Part shown: one piece after another, positions 21,960-32,266 of the stretch
How the letters are laid out: the number at the start of each line of letters is the position of its first letter
Position numbering within the stretch: the stretch's first letter is position 1
Assembly: GCA_050950765.1 (NCBI GenBank)
Contig: JBMNIF010000003.1
Span: forward strand, 32,001-96,000
Direction: 5' to 3'
Length of the DNA stretch: 64,000 nucleotides
Source: Bdellovibrionota bacterium
GTDB taxonomy: Bacteria > Bdellovibrionota_C > UBA2361 > JAAYZI01
Translations under genes and position numbers: made by a program
The notes under the pieces: model-generated
Databases searched by the model: none
What the model saw: only the letters and a program-made list of their open reading frames with translations
What the model was told of the DNA's origin: nothing

Positions 21960-22159
21960 AATGCCTTTTCAAGCCCTAAAACGCTTAATTACGAGGTGTT
22001 TTTTCTTAAGCCTACTCCCACTCTTCATTAATAAAAGTTCGATAAGTGAAAAAACTTGGTATTTCAGCCTTTTTACAGTTCATATCCGTTCTATTCGTCT
22101 TATTTCGGATCCTTTTCAGATTATTTTACCCGTTCCAGTCTCGGTTCCAGTTATGGCTA

Positions 22160-22990
22160 TTATTCTAATAAAAGAAGTAATTCTAAAATAGAGTTAAACA
22201 CCTCTTCAAGTTCAAGGTTACCAACATAATTATTTTTCTTCCTGTAAGCAGCCCATCTTTTAATAAAAATAGGACTTGCACTTAATTGATTTATTAAATT
22301 CTTTATTTTTTCTATATCATATTCTGTATTTCTACAATGAAATGTATTATTGATTGCTTCTTTTAAAATCTCTCTATCAATTTTGTTACTTCGAAGTTTC
22401 CAAACTAAGTAAAGGTCAAAATAATCTTTGCTTCGGCTATTTAAAAATCCTCTGGAGTATATAGTCTCTATTTTCTCTGCTATCATAGTTTCAATAGGAT
22501 ATGCTTTTACAGGGATTATTTCTTTATCAAAAATACTTATGTAATCATAATCAACTGGCTTAGGTGTGATAATGTCCCCTGTGGCAATATCTATGGGGAC
22601 ATACTGTCGTAAATTTTCAAACATTGCTAATAGCATGACTCTAAAACCACCATAAAAATCTTGCTCTTTAATGGATTTGATACTATCTATTTTATAAGAA
22701 ATGGTATTCTCCGTATTATCTAAAATTTTATTAAAGATTTGTTCAATATTATCTTCTGAAAGTTTTTCGTTTTTAAGGAGAAAATCCATATCTACAGTAG
22801 CTCTTGAATCTATCCCTACTATATTAGATAACAAGAAGCCGCCTTTAAAAATAAAATTATCCTTGTAGTCAGATTTAGAAATCCTTAAGAGGATATCTTC
22901 CATGAAGTAATAAGCAAGGATAGAATTGTATACGATACCAGTATCTGCACTTACTTTTCTTACTATTGTTTTTAATTTGTCTTTATTCAT
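22160..22990 (-). CDS. abiEii: AbiEii-family nucleotidyltransferase toxin (type IV TA)
   Basis: FKGGFLL, RATVDMD, DIATGD, AEKIET, NSRSKDYFDL; ATG 22990 overlaps the end of abiEi. Confidence 0.9.
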   Translation of the reverse strand: MNKDKLKTIVRKVSADTGIVYNSILAYYFMEDILLRISKSDYKDNFIFKGGFLLSNIVGIDSRATVDMDFLLKNEKLSEDNIEQIFNKILDNTENTISYKIDSIKSIKEQDFYGGFRVMLLAMFENLRQYVPIDIATGDIITPKPVDYDYISIFDKEIIPVKAYPIETMIAEKIETIYSRGFLNSRSKDYFDLYLVWKLRSNKIDREILKEAINNTFHCRNTEYDIEKIKNLINQLSASPIFIKRWAAYRKKNNYVGNLELEEVFNSILELLLLLE

Positions 22991-23576
22991 AAACAAGTTC
23001 CATTATCTCTTGTACTTCTTGAACAATATCCATTTGCCGTGCAATATAAAATAATTTATGAATATCTTTATCTGAATAATTAGGATAAACTTTTACAAAG
23101 TTAACATAAACTTCAGGATCCATATTTGACTTGTTTTTGATAAAATCGCAAAGAGTTCTTTCTGCAGAATAGAGCCTTACAAGATTTCCTATATTAGTCT
23201 TTTTTTCAATAACTCCGAGATTTAGTATATTATTGCTAACATAATAAATATGTGCATTTTCAGGTTTTTGATTAAATTTATATTTATGATTTACAGTTAG
23301 ATGAATTTTATCTGGGATTTTATCAGTTAAATTCATTAGGTAAAGAGCTGTTTCATAAGAAAAAACAGTTTTAGGATATCTTGTTTGAAATATAAACAAT
23401 TCATCGTAAATACCGTCTTTAGAGATGTAAATACCACGTGCAACTCTTTTTAATATTCCTTCTTTAATTAGACGTGTCAGATAAATTGTGGGTATATTAT
23501 TCTCTTTCACAAGAGATGTAGTAAGTATGCCGTTATTTTCATCTGATAGGCTTTTTATTTTTTTAATATAGTTCAT
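22983..23576 (-). CDS. abiEi: AbiEi-family antitoxin (type IV TA)
   Basis: N-terminal wHTH (L.RVARGIY), FSYETALYL, ERTLCD; directly upstream of abiEii. Confidence 0.9.
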   Translation of the reverse strand: MNYIKKIKSLSDENNGILTTSLVKENNIPTIYLTRLIKEGILKRVARGIYISKDGIYDELFIFQTRYPKTVFSYETALYLMNLTDKIPDKIHLTVNHKYKFNQKPENAHIYYVSNNILNLGVIEKKTNIGNLVRLYSAERTLCDFIKNKSNMDPEVYVNFVKVYPNYSDKDIHKLFYIARQMDIVQEVQEIMELVYE

Positions 23577-23595
23577 AAAATCACCCTAATCATTT

Positions 23596-23644
23596 TGTTG
23601 CTTTCACACGTATACTTTATCATTAGTTCCGTGTGAATGTAACA
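23596..23644. promoter_or_regulatory. AbiEi autorepression operator (inverted repeat)
   Basis: TGTTGCTTTCACACG-N19-CGTGTGAATGTAACA (13/15 complementary) just upstream of abiEi; AbiEi proteins are known to bind inverted repeats in their own promoter. Confidence 0.7.
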
Positions 23645-23833
23645 GTTTTTATTGATATAATATTAACAACCAACCTAGAGTTTTCAAAGTAGGGCAATAT
23701 TTTATAGATATTCAGATGGTTTTTCCTTAGGAAAGAGGTTGCTCAAGCGAGGGTGCCATTTCCTGATGCCCCCCCATTCTGAAATGCCTGATGAGTATTG
23801 ACAACAGATATTTTATAAATCCAATAAACGTAA

Positions 23834-23859
23834 AAGCCCTAGTCTTTCGACTAGAGCTT
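23834..23859 (-). terminator. Intrinsic terminator of guaA
   Basis: Minus strand AAGCTCTAGTC-GAAA-GACTAGGGCTT followed by TT. Confidence 0.7.
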
Positions 23860-23890
23860 AAAGAAAAATATTATAAGGATCTACTCAATA

Positions 23891-25438
23891 CTACTCCCAC
23901 TCAATTGTAGCGGGTGGCTTGCTTGAGATATCTAAGACTACCCGATTGATCCCTCTAACTTCATTAATGATTCGATTACTAACTCGACGCAACAACGCTT
24001 CCGGTAGGTAACACCAATCTGCTGTCATACCGTCCTGTGAATAAACAGCTCTAAGCGCAGCAGTCTGCTCATAGGTGCGATTATCACCCATCACGCCAAC
24101 ACTATTAACAGGCAATAAAACTACAAAACTTTGCCAGATAGAATCATACAACCCTTCCGATCTGATCTCTTCCAAGAAGATCGCATCAGCCTCTTTTAAT
24201 ACAGCAAGCCTCTCCTCCGTCACCTCCCCTACTACCCGCACAGCTAAACCTGGACCGGGAAAGGGTTGACGTTTAATGTTCTCTTCAGAGATACCTAACT
24301 CACGTCCGATTAAACGCACCTCATCTTTGAAGAGCTCTCTTAGTGGCTCGATCAATTTAAAATTCATCTTTTCAGGAAGTCCGCCAACATTATGATGAGA
24401 TTTTATCGTAGCTGATGGCCCTCTTACAGAGATACTCTCAATCACATCTGGATAAAGTGTGCCCTGCACAAGGTGTGTTACATCTGAAATTTTTGCCGCC
24501 TCTTCTTCAAAAACTTCTATAAATGTTTTACCGATAATCTTTCGTTTCTCTTCAGGATTACGTACACCAGCCAATCTTTCAAGAAAGCGTTTAGAAGCAT
24601 CAACTAACTTGATGTTTAGTCCCATGCCCTTTCCTAAGGCTTCCATAACTAAGGCTGCTTCATTTTTTCTCAATAAACCGGTATCAACAAAGATGCAGTG
24701 TAAATTACCGCCGATAGCACGATTAACTAAAACAGCAGCTACACTGGAATCCACTCCGCCACTAATCCCGCAAATAACATTACTCCCTTGCGGAACCATT
24801 TTTTGAATTTTTAAAGTGGCGCTTCGAATAAAACTTTCAGGTGTCCACTCCTGTTTGCACCCTACTATTTTCAGCACAAAGTTAGCTAAGATCTCTCCTC
24901 CCCTAGGGGTGTGCACAACCTCAGGATGAAATTGGAGGGCGTAAATCTTTTTTTCTTCATTTCCAAACGCCGCTACTCCTAAAGAATCACTTTTTGCTAA
25001 AACATCAAAACCTTTCGGAGGATTCTTAACGTGGTCGCCGTGACTCATCCAGACAACGGCTTTTTCATCATTTGAAAAGCCCTTAAATAATAAACTCTCT
25101 TTAACGATCTCCAAAGTAGCACGACCGTATTCGCGCTTAGCACCTTTGGTGAGTTCACCTCCCAATAATTGCGCAATAAGTTGCATCCCGTAGCAGATAC
25201 CTAAAACAGGCACCCCTAAGTTTAACCAGCTCTTATCAAAGCGAGGGGCATCAACGTCAGAAACAGTAGCAGGGCCTCCAGAAAGGATAATTCCCTTCAC
25301 TCCATCAAGATTATATTCGGAGGGTGAGATAGTACACGGCTTTATTTCACTAAAGACATTTAATTCTCTAATGCGACGTGCGATCAGTTGTGTATATTGA
25401 GATCCAAAGTCGAGAACTAAGATCGTATCTTGATTCAT
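23891..25438 (-). CDS. guaA: GMP synthase (glutamine-hydrolysing)
   Basis: [43 protein letters not shown]. Confidence 0.98.
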   Translation of the reverse strand: MNQDTILVLDFGSQYTQLIARRIRELNVFSEIKPCTISPSEYNLDGVKGIILSGGPATVSDVDAPRFDKSWLNLGVPVLGICYGMQLIAQLLGGELTKGAKREYGRATLEIVKESLLFKGFSNDEKAVVWMSHGDHVKNPPKGFDVLAKSDSLGVAAFGNEEKKIYALQFHPEVVHTPRGGEILANFVLKIVGCKQEWTPESFIRSATLKIQKMVPQGSNVICGISGGVDSSVAAVLVNRAIGGNLHCIFVDTGLLRKNEAALVMEALGKGMGLNIKLVDASKRFLERLAGVRNPEEKRKIIGKTFIEVFEEEAAKISDVTHLVQGTLYPDVIESISVRGPSATIKSHHNVGGLPEKMNFKLIEPLRELFKDEVRLIGRELGISEENIKRQPFPGPGLAVRVVGEVTEERLAVLKEADAIFLEEIRSEGLYDSIWQSFVVLLPVNSVGVMGDNRTYEQTAALRAVYSQDGMTADWCYLPEALLRRVSNRIINEVRGINRVVLDISSKPPATIEWE

Positions 25439-25593
25439 GGAAAAATCCTCCTTTCCCCTTTAAAATTTGTGGTGCAATATATCTTTTAGAATGATATGAG
25501 GCAAGAATCGCTGTTTAACTAAATAATAACGGCTTTACTTAATTTTATCCCTTTTATCCATAACTTAGAATAGTAAAAAACGGTAAGGTCTTA

Positions 25594-27246
25594 ATGTATC
25601 AGAGCACTCCTACCCCTCACAAGAAAAGTTTTTTTAAAAAAAATATCTTCGGATATCTCTGTTTCGGTATCGCTGCCCTCGGAATGTTGTCATTTTTTAC
25701 CGTTTCGGCATTGCAACGTTTAATCGCTAAAGATGAAGGGTATTATTTAATGGCCGCCATGCAGGTAATCTCCGGTAAAAACGTCTACTTTGATTTCTTT
25801 TACCCTCAGATGCCCCTTCTACCGTACGTTTATGCCGTTTGGATAAAACTACTAGATTCCATAGTGGCAAATCCTTGGATTAGTGCTAGAGCCCTCTCCG
25901 CTCTTTTAGCAACGGGCACAGGGTTGCTTTTATATGGAGAGGTGCGTAAGCGTTGGGGATCTTTTTTGGCGTTATCTGCCATTATACTTTATACCACTTG
26001 CAATTATGTTTTCCCTTGGAATACTACCGTCACTACTTATGCGCTCTCCTCTTTCTTACTTTTTGCTAGCTATCGACTTTTATCACGTAACCTACACCCA
26101 GTTTCTCTCCTTATAGCAGGAGCTCTTTTTGGGCTTTCTATCGAAACAAGGCTTCTCTTTGCAGGGCTTTTGCCGTTCTTCTTATTCTGGTTAGCCTTAC
26201 AAAAGCAGACCACCTCAAAAAAAATTACGAATTGCACCCTCTTTTGTTTGGGTGGTTTTATCACCTTACTTCCCGCCGTTTTTCTTTTTGTTGAACATTT
26301 CGATATCTTTACCTATAACAATCTCGGTTATCATTTAGAACGATCAACCACTAGTTGGGATAAAAATTGGGAACATCTGAAGCAGGTCTTCCTCGTCCTT
26401 TTTGGGATAAGAGATAGTATTAAATATGATGCCCCACAAATTCAGATCTTATTATATAGCAACCTACTAGGTATTATTTTATCCCTCTTTAAACGACGGG
26501 TTCCAGATCTAGCTTTTTTTATCTCCTGCGGTCTCTTTATTATTAATTTCCTACCGAAGCCGACGTATATTCAATATTTTTCAACTTTAATACCGTTCTT
26601 AATAATCGGAGTCCTCGTCTTTTTCACAACTACTTACGAGATAATACAACGTGCTGGAAAGTTCGGTGCACTTCCATTTTTTATAGCCGTTCTCCTCTTT
26701 TTTGTTGCATATCTTTATCACGTTCCTGCCGATTATCTGCGGTATACGAAAACAGGAGAAGGGGTGATCGGTATTTACAATAAACGTAACGCCGCACTTT
26801 GGAACCTTGAAAGACTTACAATGGTCGCTAATGCTATTGATCGTCACACAAGCCATGCCGAGTACGTTTTCTCTTTTTGGCCAGGTTTTTTAATCAATAC
26901 CCACACCCTTCCTCTTAACGGAATGGAAAATCACTTCGCCATCCCTGCTGCAGAGATGCTTCAAGAGAGAGAGAATAGTTTAATTTTATTCTTACAAAAG
27001 TGTTCGTCTTTGATTAGAGAAGGAAGCTTTACTACTTCCGAGACACAAAAAACCTTAGCGGAAAGACGCCTTAATTATCATATTATTACAACAGAAGAGG
27101 CGCTTAACCACTTCACTGATAAAAATCTAAGAGTTGTAATTTTAGAAACAAAGAGAATGCGGAATAAACACTTAAAAAAAGCTTTAGAAACTGCTAATTT
27201 AAAAAAAGCAGAGGAGATTCCACCGGTAATTATCTACAAAAAATAA
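25594..27246 (+). CDS. GT-C fold membrane glycosyltransferase (ArnT/PMT, GT39-like)
   Basis: DEGYY after the first transmembrane segment, YPQMPL, many hydrophobic helices. Confidence 0.7.
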   Translation: MYQSTPTPHKKSFFKKNIFGYLCFGIAALGMLSFFTVSALQRLIAKDEGYYLMAAMQVISGKNVYFDFFYPQMPLLPYVYAVWIKLLDSIVANPWISARALSALLATGTGLLLYGEVRKRWGSFLALSAIILYTTCNYVFPWNTTVTTYALSSFLLFASYRLLSRNLHPVSLLIAGALFGLSIETRLLFAGLLPFFLFWLALQKQTTSKKITNCTLFCLGGFITLLPAVFLFVEHFDIFTYNNLGYHLERSTTSWDKNWEHLKQVFLVLFGIRDSIKYDAPQIQILLYSNLLGIILSLFKRRVPDLAFFISCGLFIINFLPKPTYIQYFSTLIPFLIIGVLVFFTTTYEIIQRAGKFGALPFFIAVLLFFVAYLYHVPADYLRYTKTGEGVIGIYNKRNAALWNLERLTMVANAIDRHTSHAEYVFSFWPGFLINTHTLPLNGMENHFAIPAAEMLQERENSLILFLQKCSSLIREGSFTTSETQKTLAERRLNYHIITTEEALNHFTDKNLRVVILETKRMRNKHLKKALETANLKKAEEIPPVIIYKK

Positions 27247-27296
27247 AGTTAGGCGTATCTCATTTAATAAGTATAGTGAGTAGCCTTACATAAAAA

Positions 27297-28439
27297 TTAC
27301 TTAATATTTTTTTGCGCAAGATTAAATACGCTCCAAGTTAAGACGATAGAGAAAGGCAACATAGCGGTATACATAATACCGTCAGCACCCACCCCCCCTG
27401 CACACCTTAAGATCGGCATAAACGGTAAAAGGAAGAGTAAAAATGAGAACCATCCGACGAAAAGATACGGTGCTTTCCAGAAACGCACGGAAACAAAATA
27501 AGAGATGGCAAATACAAAAAACATTGCGATCAGATTCAGCCAGATCGGCAAGGTTGTCGTTTTAATAGCATAAGAAGATGTAACGAGAGGTCCCCAGCTA
27601 CGTGCAAAATAGAGTAAGCACCAACCGAAAGTATCTAGAAGATTATAAAAAGTTGATTGTATTTCAATATGTGCTGAATGTCGCCAAGCTAGATCTATCA
27701 GATTAGAAAAAAAGGTAGAGACAACGGAGATAGCAAAAAAAGGAAGTTTTTCTATAAAAAGATCATATATAGATAACCCTTCTAATGGGATCCAACCCCG
27801 CCCCTGATACTTAACTGCACTGACCCCGTGTCGTTTAAAGCGCGAAAGGGGCCAGATGTCGATTAAGATCAATATAAATGGGAGTACAACAAAAGCGGCA
27901 CTCGCCATCAATGTCACAATAAAGAGGATTAACATCATAAGATATTTTGTTACGCTATTTTTTTTAGTGGCTGCTTGATAGATAAGCATAGTTAGAAGAG
28001 CAAGTGGTGCCCCCACCAAAACACCTCTTAAGGTAGGATCGATTAAAGTTTCTAACTGTATGGGATGCAAAGCAAAAACAGTAGTAGCAACAAGTGCACG
28101 CATTCCATCAGATGTTACTTTGATTAGAAAAATAAAGAAGATCGTTGCAGTCAGTAGGTGTAAGATCACTCCCGATACCCTGTGCAGGGCTAAGTCTTCG
28201 CCAAAAACAGTAAAATCAATGGCGTGAGAGATCCACGCCAGTGGTTGCCACTGCCCATAATATCCCGAACGAAAAGACCACTTGATAGTGTCGAAAGAGA
28301 TCCCTTTAACTAAAACAGTATTATTCAGATATTGAGTATTAAAAGAGGAAACGGGCATAAGTAGCGTTATGCTAAGTGTTATGAAAGCACAGATCAGAAG
28401 TAATCCGAGATAGTATTTTAAAATCCTCTTTTCCAGCAT
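27297..28439 (-). CDS. Membrane protein resembling the transmembrane part of TMTC-type O-mannosyltransferases (no TPR tail)
   Basis: WQPLAWISHAID, LHLL, FALHPIQLE, LILIDIWPL.RF, EKLPFF. Confidence 0.65.
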   Translation of the reverse strand: MLEKRILKYYLGLLLICAFITLSITLLMPVSSFNTQYLNNTVLVKGISFDTIKWSFRSGYYGQWQPLAWISHAIDFTVFGEDLALHRVSGVILHLLTATIFFIFLIKVTSDGMRALVATTVFALHPIQLETLIDPTLRGVLVGAPLALLTMLIYQAATKKNSVTKYLMMLILFIVTLMASAAFVVLPFILILIDIWPLSRFKRHGVSAVKYQGRGWIPLEGLSIYDLFIEKLPFFAISVVSTFFSNLIDLAWRHSAHIEIQSTFYNLLDTFGWCLLYFARSWGPLVTSSYAIKTTTLPIWLNLIAMFFVFAISYFVSVRFWKAPYLFVGWFSFLLFLLPFMPILRCAGGVGADGIMYTAMLPFSIVLTWSVFNLAQKNIK

Positions 28440-28544
28440 TTTAGAGCTGCACCTCTCCTCTAGATCTTGGGTAATAAGTAATGCACCGAGTTTACTACAT
28501 AAAGAGGGGAGCTAGAAAGTATGGAACTTTTAATAGTAGCGGGA

Positions 28545-29453
28545 TTATTTCGATTTCCCATCCGTTAACCAAGATCTAATCCTATTTAGATTATCGTTTA
28601 GCTCATCCCTCTTTTCAATTTTTAGTTTCTCATTATTTAAGAGAAAGAGAACATTATAGACATCGCCTAATTTTGATTGGTCTAAAATCTGCTCTAAAGT
28701 TATGCCTGCCCCACTTCTTTCATTGTATCTTTTAAGGACACCGTTAAGTATTTCAATATATCCTGGCCAATGTAATGAAATAAACTCGTAAGCTCGACTT
28801 CCGATGCAGGAGCTCCCGAAATCAAAGACACCTATCAACCTATGCTTATCATCTACCAAAGTGTTGCCATAAAAAAAATCTCGGTGTAGTAAAACTGGAT
28901 CCGTAGCCTCATTTAAAACACGTCTGACAACAGTGTAAATTTCCGTTATTTCATCCCTTGAAAAATACTCGATAAACTTCTTTTCAAGAGTTTCTCGAAT
29001 GATATCACCCTGTTCTAATGTTTTAAGTGGAAGAGCTGCATCAAGTTTTTTCAGATCAACTTTGTGTATCTCTGTAAAAAAAGATGCGATATCATCGCAA
29101 AAAGCATCTTTTGCAACACTTGATAAAGCGTTGTAAGTATTGCAATCCCACTTTAAACCACAAATCATAACGTGTATTGCGTACTTTATTTTTTCAGTTT
29201 TACAAACTTTAGTGTGGGGGATCGGAACTGAAATCTTCCCTTTTAAAAAATCTAACAATTTAGCTTCTCTTTCATACTGTGCAGTATCACCAGATCGAGG
29301 AACTCTAATAATCTGCGGAGGTTCGTCCCCTCTCGATAGGGAAAAAGCGATGCTACTCCAACCATCCCCTTCTAGCTTCACCTCACTATTAGGGAAGATC
29401 TCTTCTATAATCTTTTGGAGTCGTAACTCTTCTACTTTTTTTGCGTCTGACAT
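28545..29453 (-). CDS. Aminoglycoside-phosphotransferase-like (APH/choline kinase fold) protein
   Basis: GDGWSS loop, IIRVP, EAKLL, HRDF..GN, GVFDFG. Confidence 0.8.
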   Translation of the reverse strand: MSDAKKVEELRLQKIIEEIFPNSEVKLEGDGWSSIAFSLSRGDEPPQIIRVPRSGDTAQYEREAKLLDFLKGKISVPIPHTKVCKTEKIKYAIHVMICGLKWDCNTYNALSSVAKDAFCDDIASFFTEIHKVDLKKLDAALPLKTLEQGDIIRETLEKKFIEYFSRDEITEIYTVVRRVLNEATDPVLLHRDFFYGNTLVDDKHRLIGVFDFGSSCIGSRAYEFISLHWPGYIEILNGVLKRYNERSGAGITLEQILDQSKLGDVYNVLFLLNNEKLKIEKRDELNDNLNRIRSWLTDGKSK

Positions 29454-29525
29454 GACATCATTGATTTATAAGAACACGCTAAACAATTTTTAATTTTAAT
29501 GTTTAAGTATTTAAGGCTCCCTTAA

Positions 29526-29858
29526 TTAAGCACCGTGCACATTCTTAGGAGAACGTAAACCTCTTAGGAGATTAGGATCGAACTCATGTAAAGACGACGC
29601 TGGGCGTGGTTTTAATTGTAATTCAGGGTCTAAATTATTTTCTTGTTTCCTATCAAGTTGGCAGTTTTTACAGAGATATTCCCAAAAAGCATCCAGATCT
29701 ATATCTCCATCCAGATCTATATTTTCTTGATTTTTAGCTTCGTTATTTTTAGGAGTAAAATCTGCATAAAATACATTTGACCTTTTAGGCAGATGTGCTT
29801 GAGCAAGGGGATCAGGATTACTTTCGGGTCCTTTGTTCTTTATTCTTTTAACTTCCAT
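29526..29858 (-). CDS. Hypothetical protein
   Basis: 110-aa ORF with RBS GAGG; no recognised motif. Confidence 0.55.
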   Translation of the reverse strand: MEVKRIKNKGPESNPDPLAQAHLPKRSNVFYADFTPKNNEAKNQENIDLDGDIDLDAFWEYLCKNCQLDRKQENNLDPELQLKPRPASSLHEFDPNLLRGLRSPKNVHGA

Positions 29859-29991
29859 AAAAACCTCATACCTTAAAAAAAGCTAAGAGAACTCCTTTTC
29901 TTTTGGCTGTGTTTTACAGAATATCATAAAGAAAAACCTTAAGCGCGCAATTATTTTAAAAAATATAAGTAATTGATTTAACTATTATAAA

Positions 29992-31443
29992 TCACTGTTG
30001 TCTAATCTTTTTAATTACATTTTGTAGGGTAGCCTCTATCACTTGCTGCGGAAGCTCTTTAATCACCCCCTCTTTCATAAAGAGATTAAGCGCTTTTCTA
30101 ACACTATCGATATCGCTTTTTGTCTTTTGATAGACCTCATCATAGGTAATATCTCTGCGGGCAACGCCATCTTTAACAGCCTGCAGCGCCACCTCTGCTG
30201 CTTCTACTGGAAAGACCTCCGTTTCATCCATTGCTGGAACTATATTATCCGGTGAGATTCCACGTTTCTCGGCAAACTCAGCGATAGCATAAGCAGATCT
30301 GATAGCCATGTTATCCGTTATCTTTGAGGCGTGTGCTAATAACGCACCCTTAAGAATTCCGGGAAAGCAGACAGAGTTATTAACTTGATTAGGAAAGTCC
30401 CCTCTCCCTGTTGCCACGATAAAAGCTCCTGCCTCTTTGGCTTTATGCGGATAGATCTCAGGAACAGGATTGGCGCAAGCAAAAACGATCGCCTTTTTAG
30501 CCATCTCTTTAATCCATTCCGGCTTAATCGTATCAGGTCCAGGTTTTGAAAGAGCTATCAAAACATCAGCGCCACGCAGCGCCTCTCTTATATCTTTTAT
30601 CTTTTTAGGATTGGTTTTTAAACACAACTCCCACTGCGGATACTCCCTCTTATCAGCAGCGATATCCGATCTATCACTGTGCAAAGAGCCGCTACTATTA
30701 AATACAACGATATTTTCAGGAGGGGTTCCACCTTGCATAATAAAACGCGCTACCGTTGTATTGGATGCTCCTGCCCCTAACAGAACGACTTTTGCATCTT
30801 CAAACTTTTTATCAACTAACTTTAAGGCGTTAATCAACCCTGCTAAGATAACACAAGCCGTGCCTTGCGCATCATCATGCCAGACAGGGATCTGACACTC
30901 TTTACGCAACGTATCTAAGACCTGATAACAGTTCGGTTTTGAAATATCTTCAAGATTAATCGCACCAAAGGAAGGCTCAACCATCTTTACAAAATCAATC
31001 AATTTTTCTGCAGCAGGCTCTCCATTAGGTAGGCGATTGTTAACACACAAAACGGTCGCATCGATCCCTGCCAGATATTTCATTAAAAAGGCTTTCCCTT
31101 CCATCACCCCGAGACCACCACAAACACCACAATCGCCATCACCAAGCACACGGGTGGAGTCCGTTACGATCCCGACAGAGTTGCCTTTATTAGAATATTG
31201 ATAAGACTCTTCGATATTATCTCTAATAGCAGTTGAAACAGCGGAGACCCCAGGTGTGTACCAAACGTTAAACCAAGCGTTCCCCCACAAACCTGCTTTC
31301 GGCATCGTCTGAATTTTTCCGCCGTAAAAACGGTGCGCCTCCAACGACAACGCTTTATAGAACGCCGTCTGCGCACGCGCCTTATCCTCTTCTGAAAAAT
31401 CTTTTGGTAAACTTTCTACTAAATTATTTAAGTCTATTTTCAT
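29992..31443 (-). CDS. NAD(P)-dependent malic enzyme
   Basis: YTPGV, VMEGKA, INLEDI, HDDAQGTA, GAGAS, ANPVPEI, TGRGDFPNQVNN. Confidence 0.92.
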   Translation of the reverse strand: MKIDLNNLVESLPKDFSEEDKARAQTAFYKALSLEAHRFYGGKIQTMPKAGLWGNAWFNVWYTPGVSAVSTAIRDNIEESYQYSNKGNSVGIVTDSTRVLGDGDCGVCGGLGVMEGKAFLMKYLAGIDATVLCVNNRLPNGEPAAEKLIDFVKMVEPSFGAINLEDISKPNCYQVLDTLRKECQIPVWHDDAQGTACVILAGLINALKLVDKKFEDAKVVLLGAGASNTTVARFIMQGGTPPENIVVFNSSGSLHSDRSDIAADKREYPQWELCLKTNPKKIKDIREALRGADVLIALSKPGPDTIKPEWIKEMAKKAIVFACANPVPEIYPHKAKEAGAFIVATGRGDFPNQVNNSVCFPGILKGALLAHASKITDNMAIRSAYAIAEFAEKRGISPDNIVPAMDETEVFPVEAAEVALQAVKDGVARRDITYDEVYQKTKSDIDSVRKALNLFMKEGVIKELPQQVIEATLQNVIKKIRQQ

Positions 31444-31676
31444 AACAATCCCTTTAAAATGAGATCTCCCTAAAAGATATTTGAAACACTAAATAATGTC
31501 GAGTGATTTGTCCGCTAAACTCCCTTCTTTTCAACAACTCTTGTATTTTTTTGTAATGTCAAGATAGAGATTAAGTATATTTTATACAAAAAATTTAAGA
31601 ACGGTTAAGATCTGGCGCTTTTTATGGTTTTATCTGATACTTAGCAAACTCGTTTTTTATTTATAGAGCCGCTCTT

Positions 31677-32237
31677 ATGTCAAAACATACCGTTCTTTCA
31701 CTTTTATTAAGTGTCGTACTCCTAGCCTCTTCAGCTTGCAGCACACAACTTGAAGACAATACCCCTTCTGTTACATACGATTTTGATTCTATCGGACTTT
31801 ACTTAGCTCGCGGATCTCTTACTAAAACAGATTTTGAACAGTATAAGGTGTTTTCCAAAAATCTCTTTTTTGAATGCGGTGAGATAAAAGGTGGAGAAAA
31901 TATCCCAACACAACAAGCCCCCGCTCTCTTAACACCGACACAACAGAAAAAAATTCAAGGCACCGCTACGGCACTTTGTGAAGTTTTAGAGGACTCGAAC
32001 TTTACTTTTGCAAAGCAGGATCCAAAACACGGCATCGCTAATTCTGGTCAACTCATTTTAGATCTCTCCGTTAACGGTAAAGAGTATAAGATTAAAACCT
32101 CCGTCGATAGCATTAGTAACAGCAAATCATTGCAAGAGAAAAAACTTCGTCGCTTAGTAGAAGCTATCAGGGGTTCCACCAAAACACCCCCGTGTGGATT
32201 AAAAGAATTTTATGGCTTGGGAAGTAGTACTAATTAA
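31677..32237 (+). CDS. Hypothetical lipoprotein
   Basis: Signal peptide with lipobox SSAC. Confidence 0.65.
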   Translation: MSKHTVLSLLLSVVLLASSACSTQLEDNTPSVTYDFDSIGLYLARGSLTKTDFEQYKVFSKNLFFECGEIKGGENIPTQQAPALLTPTQQKKIQGTATALCEVLEDSNFTFAKQDPKHGIANSGQLILDLSVNGKEYKIKTSVDSISNSKSLQEKKLRRLVEAIRGSTKTPPCGLKEFYGLGSSTN

Positions 32238-32266
32238 GTTAAACTTAGGTCAATCGGAGGTTTATT

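Larger units (their letters stand above)
16680..23890. mobile_element. Degenerate genomic (defence) island at the 3' end of guaA; no integrase visible; left boundary approximate
   Basis: More AT-rich than the flanks, genes co-oriented on the minus strand, defence/TA content, gene fragments, repeats of the guaA terminal core at 22012-22023 and 19507-19514. Confidence 0.8.

Noticed and set aside
23788..23820. CTGATGAG as a hammerhead ribozyme core
   Set aside because: No stem II followed by GAAA and no closing stems found.
28545..29453. APH-like gene as an antibiotic resistance determinant
   Set aside because: Only the generic kinase fold is recognisable; substrate cannot be inferred and there is no mobile context.
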